64,000 nt of DNA, taken from assembly GCA_003344405.1 (NCBI GenBank), contig NOWV01000014.1, positions 310,001 through 374,000 of the forward strand, given 5' to 3'. The notes below the pieces were generated by a model. It was given only the letters and a program-made list of their open reading frames with translations. It did no database searches and was not told the origin of the DNA. Within the stretch, counting starts at the first letter, position 1. Every line of letters starts with the position of its first letter. Made by a program: the position numbers and the translations under genes. Below are positions 40,301-55,279 of this stretch, one piece after another. This DNA is from Trichoplax sp. H2. Lineage: Eukaryota.

Positions 40301-43300
40301 TGTTTCTAATAAATTTATTACTACGTTCAACAAGGATTCTCGTAAATTTTTTCATATTAAATTATTTATTTGTAACCTAGATGATAGGTAATTAATCATT
40401 CCTAAATGACGGAAATATATAGATTATTGTAACAATTGGATAAATGGTGTAGAATAGTATCAATGGTAAATTACAGTAAGATCTTTATTTCACAATTTGA
40501 CAACGGTTATAAATTCCTAATGGCATCAATTTTTATCTTTATTCTTATATAAATGGGCAATAATAGCATTTTTTATTATTTTCCAGCCATTAAGGTTAGA
40601 TTATATTACTTAGTCAAATATTTAACTCCATGTTGTATAGCAATTAAAATCATAACCAATTCAGCACTTATTATTTAAACGAAAAGAAATAGAAGTTAAC
40701 ACCATCGCAAAAGCTTGTTTTCGAAGATAAATTAGAGCAAGTTTTGAAGATAAGGTAAGTTTATTTTTAATTTAAAATCGTAACTTTTACCGATTATTGT
40801 AAATCCTTTATAAGATTGGATAAACTTTACGGAAAAAATGATAATGTCACCGTGTAGGTGTTATAGATCAGTACTTACTCCCAGGTCTTATTTCTCGCGG
40901 CTTGTCGTTACATCATTTTCTTTTTTACTAATAGCAATGCCTAGATAGTTCTAGAGCCTTAATACCCTACCATTTCAAATAGTGACTATTCTAACTCTCA
41001 AAAAGTATTCAATAAGTCAACAGATATTCCTATAAAACATCAAATTGGTCTAAAGTTGGGTAAAACTATTCGTATTGTAATTTCTACTTCTTGATCCGTT
41101 AGTGTTATTGATATTTAATGAAGGATCGCAGACTGTTATAAATCTCTAGGTGACGAAATGTAAATTATTACAATCAACACTTTCATTATCACAAATAAAA
41201 TTTGACATAAATAGAGCATAATATCAGTAGAAAACACTACAGTATATACTAAATCGGCAGGTGTGGCAATACTAGTGTAAAATTCTGGGTAGCATTTTAT
41301 TTCCACTATAAAATTGCTTGCCAAATATAAGGTAACGCAAGAGAATTAATTCACTTACTCATACTACTAATTACTAGCTTAGCTCGATTGCTTACCTTGC
41401 ATGCAATTTCTCACAGGATTGATTCCTTCAAGAATGATTAAGTAGCTGTATAATCCTTTTACTCATGATAGCACAACTGAAATCAAGTCTGATATAGGCA
41501 TTCATTTAACATCGCGTATAAATTAATCTGCACGCTTAATTCAAATCGGCGAATCCTTGGCTGTAAAAGAAAACAATACGAATGTTTTTAATTAGTAGTA
41601 ATACGCTTTTCACCTTGAACCTAACTCTAATTAAATTACATTAAACTTTTCAGTTTCAGCAGTTACATATTACGTTCTGCGAATTCTAGTTGTCTATATA
41701 TATCGCTTGCTACACGTACTATAATTTCTATTCGAAATATAATATGATCGATTTGTTTGCTATCTTATCCAAATGATAAAGGATATTTCTAGCTATTGAT
41801 ATCCTATCGCGCAAAACGCAATTGTTTCCAAGATTGTAAAGCCGGCCTTTAAGTATCGATAGTAATACTTAACTACTCGTATAAGGATCTCATTGCAAGC
41901 ACTATATCGAAAATAGCATACTAACTGTATCCTTTATATTTCATTTAGACAATAAAATACATTACCGCTTCCATTATCTACTTTTAACAAATATAGATAT
42001 TCTAGATCTTTAATTTTTAGGCCCAAAGCGCCATCCCTACAAATATTTATACATGACATCGTTAGTAATTCAGTTTCTTTGTGATCGCAATAAGTAAAAT
42101 TACCGGTAGTACAGCATATTATCTTACACTTTTGGATAGAGTTATATTCAACGTTTAATCTTGAAACGCTTGCAGCGTTGTAGTAAAGGTAGTTTTAATA
42201 AATCATGTATACCAATAATCTTCTATAGGCTATCTTGCACACCTAGTATTAGGAGAGTATTAATTCATCTAGTCATGCGTAGCAATGTTAATAATGACTA
42301 CCTTCAGCGATTCTTAGATCCTTACGTAATCATATTATCACCAATTTACACTTCCGTTGACCTCGACCAGCAGCTATTAAACGGCCTTGAAAATATGTGA
42401 ATAATCCCAGAGAGCAGACAGAATACCACCGTAATTGTTTTATAGACTCAAAATTTAAACAGTACTTTACCATCAAGAATAAAGGCTTTCCTCGAATTTG
42501 AAGTATAGGTGTAATTTCTTTCTTTTATCCCATTTTGAAAATATATATCCACCAATCATTGAAATATTACTGTATTATGTATGGCATCCTATTGCCTTCT
42601 AGACATAAATTTCAGGATATTGCTTCATTATAAATGCAATTATGACAATTGGTGTCCATGGTTAAAAAAATCTATCATCGATTCAGTTACTGTTGTGATA
42701 AACACCAGATATAATAATGATCTAAAACTGAAGTTGATGAAAATTTTTCTTTACAACAAATCGCTAAGGCAATAGATCTTAATTGAATTTTGTGAGGTAT
42801 AGGAAGTTTAGGAATAGCCTTATTATAATAAAGAATATTGTTTGTTAATTCCCAAAAAGCTATATCTTCAGAATATACAGAAATAACAACGACTTAAAAA
42901 TGCAAAAAATTGACTATTTTCTAACTAGATGGAATAAACATAGATCTTTTTACAGTCTATAAATATGATTTTTAGCTCCTATTTTATATTAAACAACCAT
43001 ATTAATTGATTAAAGTATACTGACAGCAAAGGGGAATCCTACCTATCTTCTAGATTTCAGCGCGAAGAGTAAGCTCATCATATAGTTCTAATTAACAATT
43101 GAAATCGTCATTATTACTTTGGCGATAATAGTATCTGTAAATATTGCAGAAAGCCTGAAATACTAATATGAACATCTAGAACTCGGGTACGGGCAAAATT
43201 TGATAGAGACCTGCCATATCACCTTGAATCATTTTACATACTATAGTTGGGAGGAAATCAAAATGCACTTGATGGATGTTTGTTCACTCATTTTATGAGT

Positions 43301-46300
43301 GAGTAGAAGAAAATTCCCACGAGTGAATTGAAGAAAATGCCCATTTAGGATGTTCTCAATATATCAAGCTGTAATTAACCTTTTAGATAGTGTCACATAG
43401 AATCAACTTAGGGTAAGAGAACTGCAAGTTTTATATACCTTTATAAAGTGGCTATGGTCGATTTTCGACACAGCGAGGCTATATCATGTTCAATATACTC
43501 TCATTCCTATTTTATGCCGCTGATAATACTAGCCTAGCGGACATTTTCTGTTAAATTTAAATCCATAAAAGTAAGAAATACATCTTGAAGAAATTATACC
43601 TATAGCAGTTTAGGATACAACGAAGTTCCTTGTCAATACGCATTGATTGATCTAGCCATAACTATTCGGGATTCATTGTAGCGGTTTTGTTATTAAAGTT
43701 TTATCGCATTAAATAAAATATTATGCATATTAAGGTAATATCAATAATATAATTTTGCAAAGCTTAGTTTCTGGTCAAAGTTGAAATGCACTAGTTATAC
43801 TAAGAATATTGACCGATATGCTAGCCTCAAATTTTATCATGTGGTCTCGATAAATGGCGACGAACTAAATCGGTGGAAATTTCTCATGATACAAGTCACT
43901 GGAAATAATACAAATCATTTTATAAGGCTTTTAACTTCGCAATCAAATTTTTGTTCAATCTATATTGTTTCTTAAATTTACTAAAACTTTCCGTTCCAGG
44001 CGTAATAGGATAATGGTATAGAATAGATTACTGACCCAATTACCAACTACATCATTCGAATAAATGTCAACAACGACCAAATTAGTCATGGCAAAGCAGA
44101 TCTAAGCGGCCCTTTTGTATAATGATTCTTATTATCCAACTCAAATGATCTGTTGACATGAATAAGACGAAAGAGTTACAACTCATTGATGGTAGCAAGT
44201 AATTCACGAGGAAAACGAACTTCCGATAGGATAGGCTATTGAATTTTTGAGGAAATAAATGCTATCATTTCGAATAGGTGACTACTACGATTTTCAATGT
44301 CTGATAGTTTCACTCCGAACAGATTTCTCTGGAATACATTAAAAGAGTGAATAGGTAAAATATAATTAAAGTTGATAAAATGTACAGTTCAAGTTTATAA
44401 GACATTCATGGAAGATATTTCTCATTGAATGGTCTAAATACGACCAATCGAGATGAACTAGCAGTAAGGGTTAAAGTAATGGAGACGCAGTCTTCGAGCA
44501 AGCCAGATCTCGAAATACAATCATGATATTGCTAACTTACGTTTTGATGTTGTGATTATAACACAACCAATTTTACTTGTTAAGGCTAGTGTCTTAGTAA
44601 GGATAGTGCATTGATAGTTACTAAATCATCTGTATTATAATATTGCTGTGTATTTCAAACGAGATATACTCAAGATTTGATCAATCCGATATTTCTTTTG
44701 ATATATAGATGTTTCTTCGTATATTTTGTCCTTCTGATGGACAGTATTCTTTTTTCTTGTGAAACTGAAACTTGTGTTTGAATAGCTATCAACTATAACA
44801 ATTTAAGCGGCTTCATTCATGGGAAAGAAACAATAAAAATCCTTCTCGGGCATTATTTTGCTGCTAATACAAATAAATTATTGATAGCAGTTGACAGCTT
44901 TATTAACTATGGATTCATATTTACTTGACAGCAGTGTAATAAAGCCTACATTTACAGTACTTAGATGATGGTTCTTTTCAAAGAATGAGAGCTGTCCGTA
45001 TTAGCGAATCTTATACCACAAGCTTTTATGAGCAAATTAATTTTATTAGATATTGACCGTTTTTAAAAACTTTGTTGGCTGCTGAAAAGTTATCGGAATA
45101 TACTCAGTGGAAACCAGTTATCCTGCCCTCTCTACTATAAGTTTAGACTAGGTAAATTTATTTACCGTACTATGGCGTAGACTACAAGTAAGGTACTCTA
45201 GGCTAGAGCATATTTATTAGCTTAGTTTTCCGGATTTTAAGATGTTGAGAATATACTAACAAGGCTAATCGGATCAACTTGTTCATCAACGAGACTGATG
45301 CCATCTAAAATGCTTGTAATAGCAACATTTCATTTCATCTATTCAATATTATTGCGATTATTTTACATAGCGGTATTTCATCAAGGTAAATTCATTTATA
45401 CGGTAGAGAGACTCTCATTATTCTAAGAAGAATACATCACGTTTTAAGCGTATTAGCAACTTGCAACTTCGGCCTAGTTTTCAATCTGCCATTGCCGGAT
45501 ATTGTATCCTCAATCACAAAATTATAATAAATTTCCAATATCAAATGGTTGATTACTACTACTAACGTATTTTTCTAACATATACGCGTATTTCTACTGC
45601 TATTTAACAGACTCCAATTTAGCTATCACCATTCGTATTAAGAGCTAGTCGCATAGTTATGCTAATTGCTTGCATGTTATAAAATTTTACACTGAAATTC
45701 AAAAGCATAACCAACTCACAAAGGCAATATACTGTATACTTAAAAGCATCTCATAATCATTTTTTAAAGTCTTAGACTACTTATTACAAAGAACCGCAAA
45801 GTTTAACTTTGGATTGTTAATCGAAATTTGTGAATTAGAGTGATATAATGTGAGTAGATGCATAACACAATTGGTTGGGTAACAGCAATTAAGGAAATGC
45901 TTAGTAGTTAATTGCTTTCTTCATCCCAACAGTCAGTATTAGAACTGGCTTAGTTCATACATTATTATAATTATAAATCTACGAGTATGGTAAATTTTCC
46001 ATATTTTATTATAAAATGCGTACAAACCCTCCTTCCTTAATAATACGCTGCAATTGAATTGTATATTAAAGTTAAGCTAAATTATATAAGATTCTCGTAA
46101 TTAGGCCTAGACAACCATGTCGTAAAGCGTATGCAGGCGTATTTGTATTTATAAAAAGTAGAAATTAAACCGTGTCAGTACTAGTCCATAATTTGATATA
46201 TTAATTATCCTTCAAGGGTAGAAATTATTGTTCTAGCATTATGGGATGATCATCACTTTTGCATTACTTCATAACTTTTCTTCTTGTCAAGGTAGAAATA

Positions 46301-46783
46301 ACTAGGCAAAGATAGAGTCCTGATCAGAATTATTACTTCATGCAGTATTTTCGATACAAGTTTTTTCTATCCTTTTTTTCATTAATTGCATTGTCGTTGG
46401 GGCTACACAAAGAATTACTGAACTGAAATTACTTTGTTATTTCTAGAAATAATAAAACAATATAAACAGAGTATAGATAGGATTTGATATTGAACATTGA
46501 ACTGCTTTTAATTTATTGGCAATCAATGCGATCATTTAATTATTCCGCCAGTACGGTCATCCGATTGATTCACCATGTAGAATGATTATGACTGGTGCTA
46601 ATGGTAAAAAAGAGTCGGTTTTATGACTTGCACTACATAGAATTTAATATTTTAGCGATAGTAAAGACGATGAAATGCCGCAAATTCAGAATAGGCATGC
46701 TGTAGGTAAAGTAGAATATTAACATGTTGATATTGAAGGTCCAAGTTAGCCTTGCTGGAAAACGCTCGTTTACATACTCAGGA

Positions 46784-47021
46784 GTGTATTGACTTATGTA
46801 AATAACATTATCATACACATACATAGCCAAAAACGATAAAAAGTCATTCCAATAGCAATTCAGAAGAAAAATGATCCATTCTAATTAAGAGGAATAATTT
46901 GCGTGTATTGATTTATGTAAATAACATTATCATATATAAACATAGCAAAAAAAATGATCAAAAGTCATTCCAATAGCAATTAAGAAGAAAAATGATCCAT
47001 TCCAATTGAGAGCAATAATTT
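46784..47021. repeat. Diverged tandem duplication of a ~119-bp unit (2 copies)
   Basis: gtgtattga[c/t]ttatgtaaataacattatcata...aagtcattccaatagcaatt.agaagaaaaatgatccatt begins at 46784 and again at 46903. Confidence 0.9.
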
Positions 47022-47599
47022 TACGTTCAATCGACGACAATAGGAAGTAATTTAATGCTGATTTGAAAAAAAGCATTATACATTTAATTATATCTGTAAT
47101 GTCAATATTTATGAAATAGCTTTAATAAAGCTATTCTTTATGTCTTGATTCATCATTATACTGGCGTTATTGATCAGTTCCGATGAAGTGATCAATTAGA
47201 GAGTATTGATTGAATAATTGACATTTTATCCAGGGATAGCGAATAAGATTTTTACTAGTCTATTAATTTATGAACTGTTATTGAAGTAAATCATAAAATT
47301 GATTCATTTTTTTTTGGATGATTACAAGATTTTCAATTCTTGTTCATATTTTTATATTTAGTTGGGCAATAAATGGGATAATTTTGATAATGATATCGTT
47401 TGCTTTATTCAAGACAAATTTTGATTGCTTACTCGGATGTCCACTTGTAACGGCCTCGCTTGGCCTGTAACTACCAAAGGTAATTTCGTATTCTGATAAC
47501 GGCAAAGCTAGTAGACTCATAGGATGCAGTTCTAGACTCTATTCAATCCTACTTCAATAATTTAATTCAACTAGACAAGACGTAACTTTTGCATTAGTA

Positions 47600-49965
47600 A
47601 ACGGTTGTTGTTGTATTTATTGACTTTTGAAGCGTGCAAAATCATTGATCAAGTTATTAATCCTTGATGTGCTCGCCACGTATGTCTATGCAGTCCATAG
47701 TGGTACCAATTATTTTGCTAAAATGAGCCAGTGGATTGATATTGATACCATGTCGAGGTTGTTAGTGGAAAATACAATTATTCCATCAAGGCCATATTGA
47801 CAGAATCACGGTCCCACTAGGAGGCCACCCTTAATCCTAGAAATTAAAAAAATAGATTGATTAATTAATTAACTGAATGGTGAATAATAATGAATCAATC
47901 TAAGGATTTTAATTCACGTGGTCAGTCTAATAAAACTATTTTCATGTTGATCACATTTTCAATTAATTTATAACTTAAGTACTCTCTTGCTGGTCTTTTC
48001 GAATGAGATTAGAAATAACAATGCGTTGATAAAGCATCGTAAAAGCATGTTATAGATGATTTTTTATTTTCATTTTTTCCCTTTTCTTCGGTAATGATTG
48101 TTAGCATTGGCGTCCCACTTCGTCCATATTGCACCATTATGCTATCATTACAAATCATCATTGTCAATATTGTTTTCATTGCTTTAGAGAAAAACAATTT
48201 AAAATTGCATCTTGATTGAGTGGCGCTGGAGTCGCTATCCTATCTAGTGGTCTACTTCTGAAAACGACAATAACTACAGGCCTGTCAAAATAAAATGACA
48301 AGATTTACTTTGTTTAATTACCTATTGTCCAATGAGAATAGATGACTTTTTCCACGGTCATAATTCTATTTCCTTCATAAGCAGTGTAGAAATGGAAAAT
48401 AATAACAACAACTTCCCATCTGCTCCAATTTAAATAATAATACGTTGAATACAGATTAAGTCTTACTTTCTGTTTTGGCCTTGATGGTTTAATAAAAGCG
48501 TCTGAGAACCATTTCATCTATCATAACAAGTTTATTTGTCTTCTACGTAAGACCATTTTTATTTTGGCAGTGAACTGAAGCCGATTTTCACACTTTTAGG
48601 GTGATAACCGATTGGTGGGATATCCATTATACCATTTATATCTTGACCGTGATTATCCTTCAAAAATTGGATTTTCCTCGCCGAATAGAGAATACTTGCT
48701 AGCATTAACAAGTGCAAGAAATAGAGGTAAGTTATCGTTAATCACCAATGTCATAATTGGTGGTTGATCAAGCTGAATTGGAAACTAATTCACGTTTCCG
48801 ATGTCGTATCATCATATTGAGCATGTTAACCCTTGGTATTGCCCCCCCCCCATTTTTCCTTCTTCTATTCTATCTAGTCGAACTGAAGAAAATCGACATT
48901 CGATTTACATTATCTTTCTTTTACACGCTGTCTTTAAAACTTGACAAGGGTGGGCATTTTAACATAATGTGAGCTCTCCTCTATACTCTACAGTACATGA
49001 CAGGCCAATCTGGATTAGTGTTTATCACGGACTACTTGATAGAAAGAAATTTCCTGTCTGTATTACTATCTCCAGTATCCATGAAGAGCACGACTTTGCC
49101 AACCAAAGACTTGTGCTCCCTCCGTTTAAGTGGCAAAAGCGAGTTCTAATTTTGCTGAGCTCGTATCATATTCATACAGTATAGCCCTCCTGATATCATT
49201 TTCTGTTGATTGGATACTTTTAAAGCTATTCATTTCAAGACATTGATGTCAATACTCCTTTAATTTTGGTCTCTTGTCTAGCCACATCAATAGTGATGAC
49301 ATAACATGACATCATGCGAAGTCAATCCTCCTCGCTGTGGTTTTATTTTACCTAAAAGTGCACAAAAATGAGCTATACGAACACACTGCAACAGCATGAA
49401 AAAAAAAAAACTATTGCTGCACTATATTGTAGAGTACTTATTGTAAGATTTTTTACCATTTATCTAGATGGATATTGATCATGCCGATTGAATGAATTAT
49501 GTTCAGTATTCATCCTAGATACAAGCCAAGGCCCATCTTCTTTTTCGATGATGTCCATTCTCGGATAGACATTATCCAAGGCTTTACTTTCGATATTATG
49601 CGTTGTATAATGCACAGTTTATTCATATTCCATCTACGCTACTGTATTCGACACTCTGTATGGTTATTCTCGTTTTGCATCGACTACTAAGCCATAGACC
49701 TACAAGAAGGCCTTTTATCTCGATAGAGTATAATGGCAATCAGGATAGGTTGCTACTTCTTGATGTTGGAGAAAATGAATATGAAAATTGCTCAAATCAC
49801 ATTGCAGAGAATGCTATTCTCTACTTTGATGAGTGTAGCGCTGAACTGCAGGTCTTTTTTTTACTTCTCTACTGAGCAGAAAGCAATTCCATGCGTGGTC
49901 ATAGCATTCTGCATTTACTTGTCTTTGGTAGTAGGGATCAAGTGCATTAAAGTCTTGCAACAATG
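47600..49965 (-). pseudogene. Decayed multi-exon coding remnant of unidentified family
   Basis: More GC-rich than the flanks. Long protein-like minus-strand frames are broken by scattered stops (LQDFNALDPYYQRQVNAECYDHAWNCFLL..., HNIESKALDNVYPRMDIIEKEDGPWLV..., WLDKRPKLKEY*..DIRRAILYEY..FGWQSRALHGYW). Residual acceptor-like sites at ~49352, ~48283 and ~47838. Confidence 0.4.
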
Positions 49966-52900
49966 TAAGTGAAAATACTGCTAGTTCAAGAGTACTAAAT
50001 CATTGGTAAAGAGGTCTGTCAACATCTATTCATTGCTTAAAGTGTGCCATAATAATAAATAATAGTACTTCGGAGCACACCTGCGAACGGTTTAGTGCCC
50101 GCTTACAGATGTCTTGTATAGTTCAAAAATGGTCGGCAAAATAGTCATCGTCCCTACTCTTGGGTATACGTTATAAAATATTCTAGGTACGCTTCGCTGA
50201 AACTTCCCTATTCATGGTGCATTATAAGATGTATTATACATCATTCAATACGTCCAAATTAAATAATGAATAATTAATCGAAAGTAATTCCAATTTTCCG
50301 GTAGGACAAACACAGCTTTGAAAATGTTTAAGAAACTGATTTTTTCTGTGAGAAACGGGCTGGCATCGGCTGTTGTACGGCCCAGTACAACAGCGGATAT
50401 TCATACTTCAGCAATAAATCAATCGATCGCTCAGCCAACCTATAAATAAATCATTGGACGTATTTAAACGTCTAGGGATAGGAGTGTTATAAGAAATGGG
50501 GCAGTAATTTAGGTAAAAGTGGCTATGATTTGACGATAATGGAAGTAATCTATGATTCATGACTGATAGAATGGAGGCCAAAGAAAGTTATTGAACCTGC
50601 GCTACAAAAGCTTATAATATTCGAACGCCTGTATTAGTCTATGCATTTTACAAGAAGTAAAATACTTTTATAGCCTTGAATCTCGTAACCTTCTAGTGTT
50701 GTAATAGCTTATTCTATGCAACCCTAAATCCAATGAATGAATAATCTATAACAAATAGAGAAAACGCGTAATTCTTGATTGTTTATCCTATTGCTTTTCT
50801 ACTATCATATCCTATCACATTACACTCGCAAACATGCCAAATACTTATACTCAAGTAGTTTGCTTATGATACAGCAGTTACCCTTCAAGAATGTTAAAAA
50901 AATAAAATTAGCACAATCTCGTTTGATTTAACTCAAATTGAGTGCAATGCTATAGTAGAAGTAACGCTGTAACCTTGATCATTCAGCATTTCAGCTTTTC
51001 TATAGTTCGCAGTGAGGAGCCTTGATATTTAAAGACCATTGATTAGTTGTAATTCCAGATTTCTAGTCATCAGCTTAATTCATGACTGAGCATAAGTTAC
51101 CTGATAATATTTAGTAGTCTAGAATTGTGGACTGTTGTAGATTAGTGATTGTGGTAGACCTTTCTTAGATCTACTTTGACTCTATCGTCAATAAGATATC
51201 AGGTAGCTACGGTAAAAAAATGATGTATGGCAGCATGTAGGCTATGTAGTACCTGATTTCTGCAACTCTTATTTTGGACATGGGAGCAAACATTGAAATC
51301 ACAGCATTCTCACTGAAAGTTGGAATATCGGGTATGACATTAGCAGTACTGTTTCCATTCAAACTTTCCATGACAGAATATTGTAGAATGTGCACAGATC
51401 AATAATAAGATAGTATTTCTATTTCCTTCCCTTCCCATAACTATACGAAGAGCAGAACATGGCCTAGAATTCCTGATGGAATATCTTCAACTAAACGCAT
51501 ACTTTTTAGCTCTGAAGATCAAATACCTCTAGATTATTCTACAATAAGTAACATAACCGTAGGTCAAGCGACTGTTCTACAGCCATCAAGAATCAAGTAA
51601 ATAACTGTAAGATTGGATAGAGATCAAGGTAAATTCTCTTCTATTCCATGTGGAATCGAAAAGAAAGTATATGGGCGATTAGTGTGTTAGACATACGCCT
51701 CATTTGAACTAAATTTATCTGTTATTCTATGCAGAAACTAATTTCTCTGGTACAATACTGCGATAATAAATTCAACTCTGTATGACCAGTTGGCACTGAG
51801 GATAGATGCAGTTGTTAAGACAAATTAAAATTCCAAATATACAATTTCTCTTTCTATCTTGTGAGGTACATATTTTATGCAGCGTTTGAATGATGCTTGG
51901 CACTTAATCTGCCTGTCTTATCGTTCTCACTCATGGGCATCACTAAGTACGATCTTGCCATACCATGATCTTGCAACATTTGTGTGCATTACTCTTACAG
52001 TTTCTCTCATCTTTTTGATAAATGAATGAGATGAGAGTATTAGTTGAAGAATTTGGTAAAGTTTTACCACTAGTCAAACCCTGTAAAGCATATACTTGAC
52101 TCTTAGATGAGTAGTTTAGAATAGGACCTGTTCTATTATTAATCTCGTTGTGGGTTAGATTTGCAGTATAGCATGACCATAGACTTTCCTTATAACAGCA
52201 TCGTAATCAAAAGACACTTTCTAGAACGGCATTAGAACTCAAAAAACCGGGAATGTTAAATGTATATTTATAGTAATTGTTAAAAGGCACTAAATTGCGG
52301 TCAAGCCTTAGTTCTTCATAACCCTAATAATCAACCTTTTCTATTTCATTAGAGCAGTAATATTTATCTTAAATCGTAGCTTGACTTTGACTTTGAAATA
52401 CTGTATCTATTCCTTGATAACTGTGAATATCTTGGAACGTTTAACATAGAGCAAGGCAACTTTTCACCTGATGGAAAAACTTTCGTAGAAATATGTGTAA
52501 AATTTTAAATACTGGAGTTAATTTCTATCGCATATCAGCTAATCGATGCTGCATTCATATGATTTAATAACAATTTTGTAATAGCGATTTCATGCGTGCA
52601 CTATACTGTACACCACTGCAATGGATTCAAATGAAATTAAGAATTCTTCTTAGTAATTTAATACGCATATAAACATATGCATATAAATACACTATCCTTA
52701 CAAGGCAGATGCATGATCCGTTTCAATCACAATTTAATGTGTTTATTGCACTCAAGATTGAAAAACTGAATAAGATTAGCATATTTATTTCTACCTTTCC
52801 TCTTAACTGTATCCTTCAATTTGGCAATCCACGCACAGAGCCATATGTGTAACCATGGACTACAGTACTAAATCTCACGTAGGCTTTAGAAATTCATGAT

Positions 52901-55279
52901 GTAATCCTTTAGAGTAATAAAAAGGTTACATTTTACCTTTATGGTAGGATAAGAGTCTAGACAGTCTCGCCAATTGTATTACTGTATAGTCCATTTTCTA
53001 TAGAATAAATTGTTTTTTTTACATAAGTTTACTCTTACTATACATTTATGTTGAGTAAACGTCTGCATAGAGCGCAACAACCATTGTGGAACAGCTTGGA
53101 TCATAATACGTAAACCAATATACGAGCATACTCAAATCCTATTATGGCTGGTATATAATAACGCCTCTCTATAATCATATCATAATTCAATAACTTAGGC
53201 GAACGTTATTGTTATTAATATTCGATCATTTAAACGGAACTAGACGATGAAATCAGCTAATGGGAACTATGGCCATGGCTGATTTTTTTGTTAGCAATGA
53301 TGGTACAATAATAATTTATAATCGGAATTTTAACAACTGTATACGATACAAATGTACATATGTTTCAATGGTCTACGAGAATATTTACGGCTGTGAGACG
53401 TAATATCATAGGTAGACTCGAACTATTAGTAATATCTGCCAAGAATGGAATTTAGCTATTTTGTCAACAATAGATGCAAAATTAAGCCAATAGAATAGAT
53501 TCCATCTGTCTTTTTGATTTTACATCATTACATAATATATATTAGCTAGCGAGTGGGATAATAATGACGTTAACTTTAGCTTTCGATTAAGTCAATATAG
53601 GCCGATGACCTTATCACAAACTAGAAATTGCTATTATTCGCGATGTCATTAAATTCCTTGTTTTTACAAAATTTTTCATTCAAGTATTTCTTAGTAGCTT
53701 CAATTAGAAGTTAATTGAATACAATGTAAATAGAATGGGATCATGTAGTTTTGACAACCTTTTCTTATATCTCCATTTGTAAGCAGTGGCCTTCTATACG
53801 TCACTATTAGGGTAATACTAAATTCAATTTACTGTAAGTAGGATAATATGTTAATTTTCTATATGATTAAAGTCACAAATAGACAACGTAATTAAAATTC
53901 TTGTAACCAATTCTTATTCCAAATTTTCTGTGTAAACTATGCATAAAGATAAGGCTTAACAGTTGACGTAATAATTTTGTATATTTATCCGTGTCCATGC
54001 GACTAAATCTTATAAACAGTTCGATTTGTTGCGTAGACAGAAAAGTTAGGGTTAAAAAAATCGTATCCGAGTGCATTGAACTATAATTGAAGTTTAGCTT
54101 TTCTATAAATTTAACGTAATTTACTGATTACTTAATAATTTAATTTAATTCTTGGCTATTGTTTCACTAATTTCCCTTAATTAATAATAACATCTATTTC
54201 TATGATATACAATCAGCTTTTTAACTAGTAGGATTCGATAATGACTAGGAAATTACATATTTTTAATGCTCTTGGCTTACTGTAATTAATCGATTGAGAT
54301 GGTCGTGTACTTATGCTTGGTAGCATAAGTATTTCTGATTAGCTATAATGTATCTAAAAATTTTAGAATAGCTTAATTTAAGGTTGCATAATTACTTAAA
54401 TAATTCTCTTTTGGCTTTCTGCCCTTAGCAATTACAATATTTAACATAGAATCAGATCCAATCTTACGAAGTCTTGCTATTTCAATTAAAATATCGTACT
54501 GTATCTCCTTGAACGTTGTAATGTCTCGAGATGAACATGACAAGTTTTCCTTCATTTATGTTTTTTTGGCATTTAGCAAAATACCGGTAACAATTGTCAA
54601 CGTAATTTTTATTTACTAGTTTGATTATTAGTCAAATTCAATTGATGATAACAATCTCATTAGCAATGCACAGGCAATTAATTGAATACCTACTCGAATA
54701 GCTACCTATAGTTTTCTCTATTTGTTAACACTTACAAGTACCGGTAGTATTTTTTCTCGTGAGTCTTACTGTTTTCGATATGGTTATTCATATTAATAAC
54801 AGCTTTTAAATGGCTTGATTAAAGAAATTAATGGATTATACTCTATAATATGATTGTTAGCAGGAAATGTAATATCTTATTTTATCAGAAGGTTAACATG
54901 AAGTAGTGCATACTTTATAATCATAGGAAATATCGCAGTACAAGTTACCAGCAAAATTGGTTAAATTCCTTCTTTAATTGCTTACAGTGCTTTAGTGGAG
55001 AAGTTGTTACTGAAAAGTATAACTATCAAATTAGGTTTTATTTTCATAGATACAATATAATACATAATCTTTTTCTATACGTCTAATTAAAACAGACATA
55101 CTATAGTGTAAAACAATACTTCTTTAGCTTTACTATTTATGCAATATTTTTCCATGTAACTTTTACGTAATGAGCTAGTACTATGATAATAATTGATCTA
55201 TAGCCTAATGTGTAAGCCGGTATTATGGCTATTTTTAAAATTCAATCGTCAAGATTATCGGGAATCGAAACGATCATGA

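Noticed and set aside
40490-41330. Further GPCR-like fragments
   Set aside because: Helix-like pieces occur on both strands in conflicting order and cannot be told apart from AT-rich noise by eye.
52770-52785. U6-like AAGATTAGCAT
   Set aside because: Only an 11-nt match, with no ACAGAGA box context or remaining U6 sequence.
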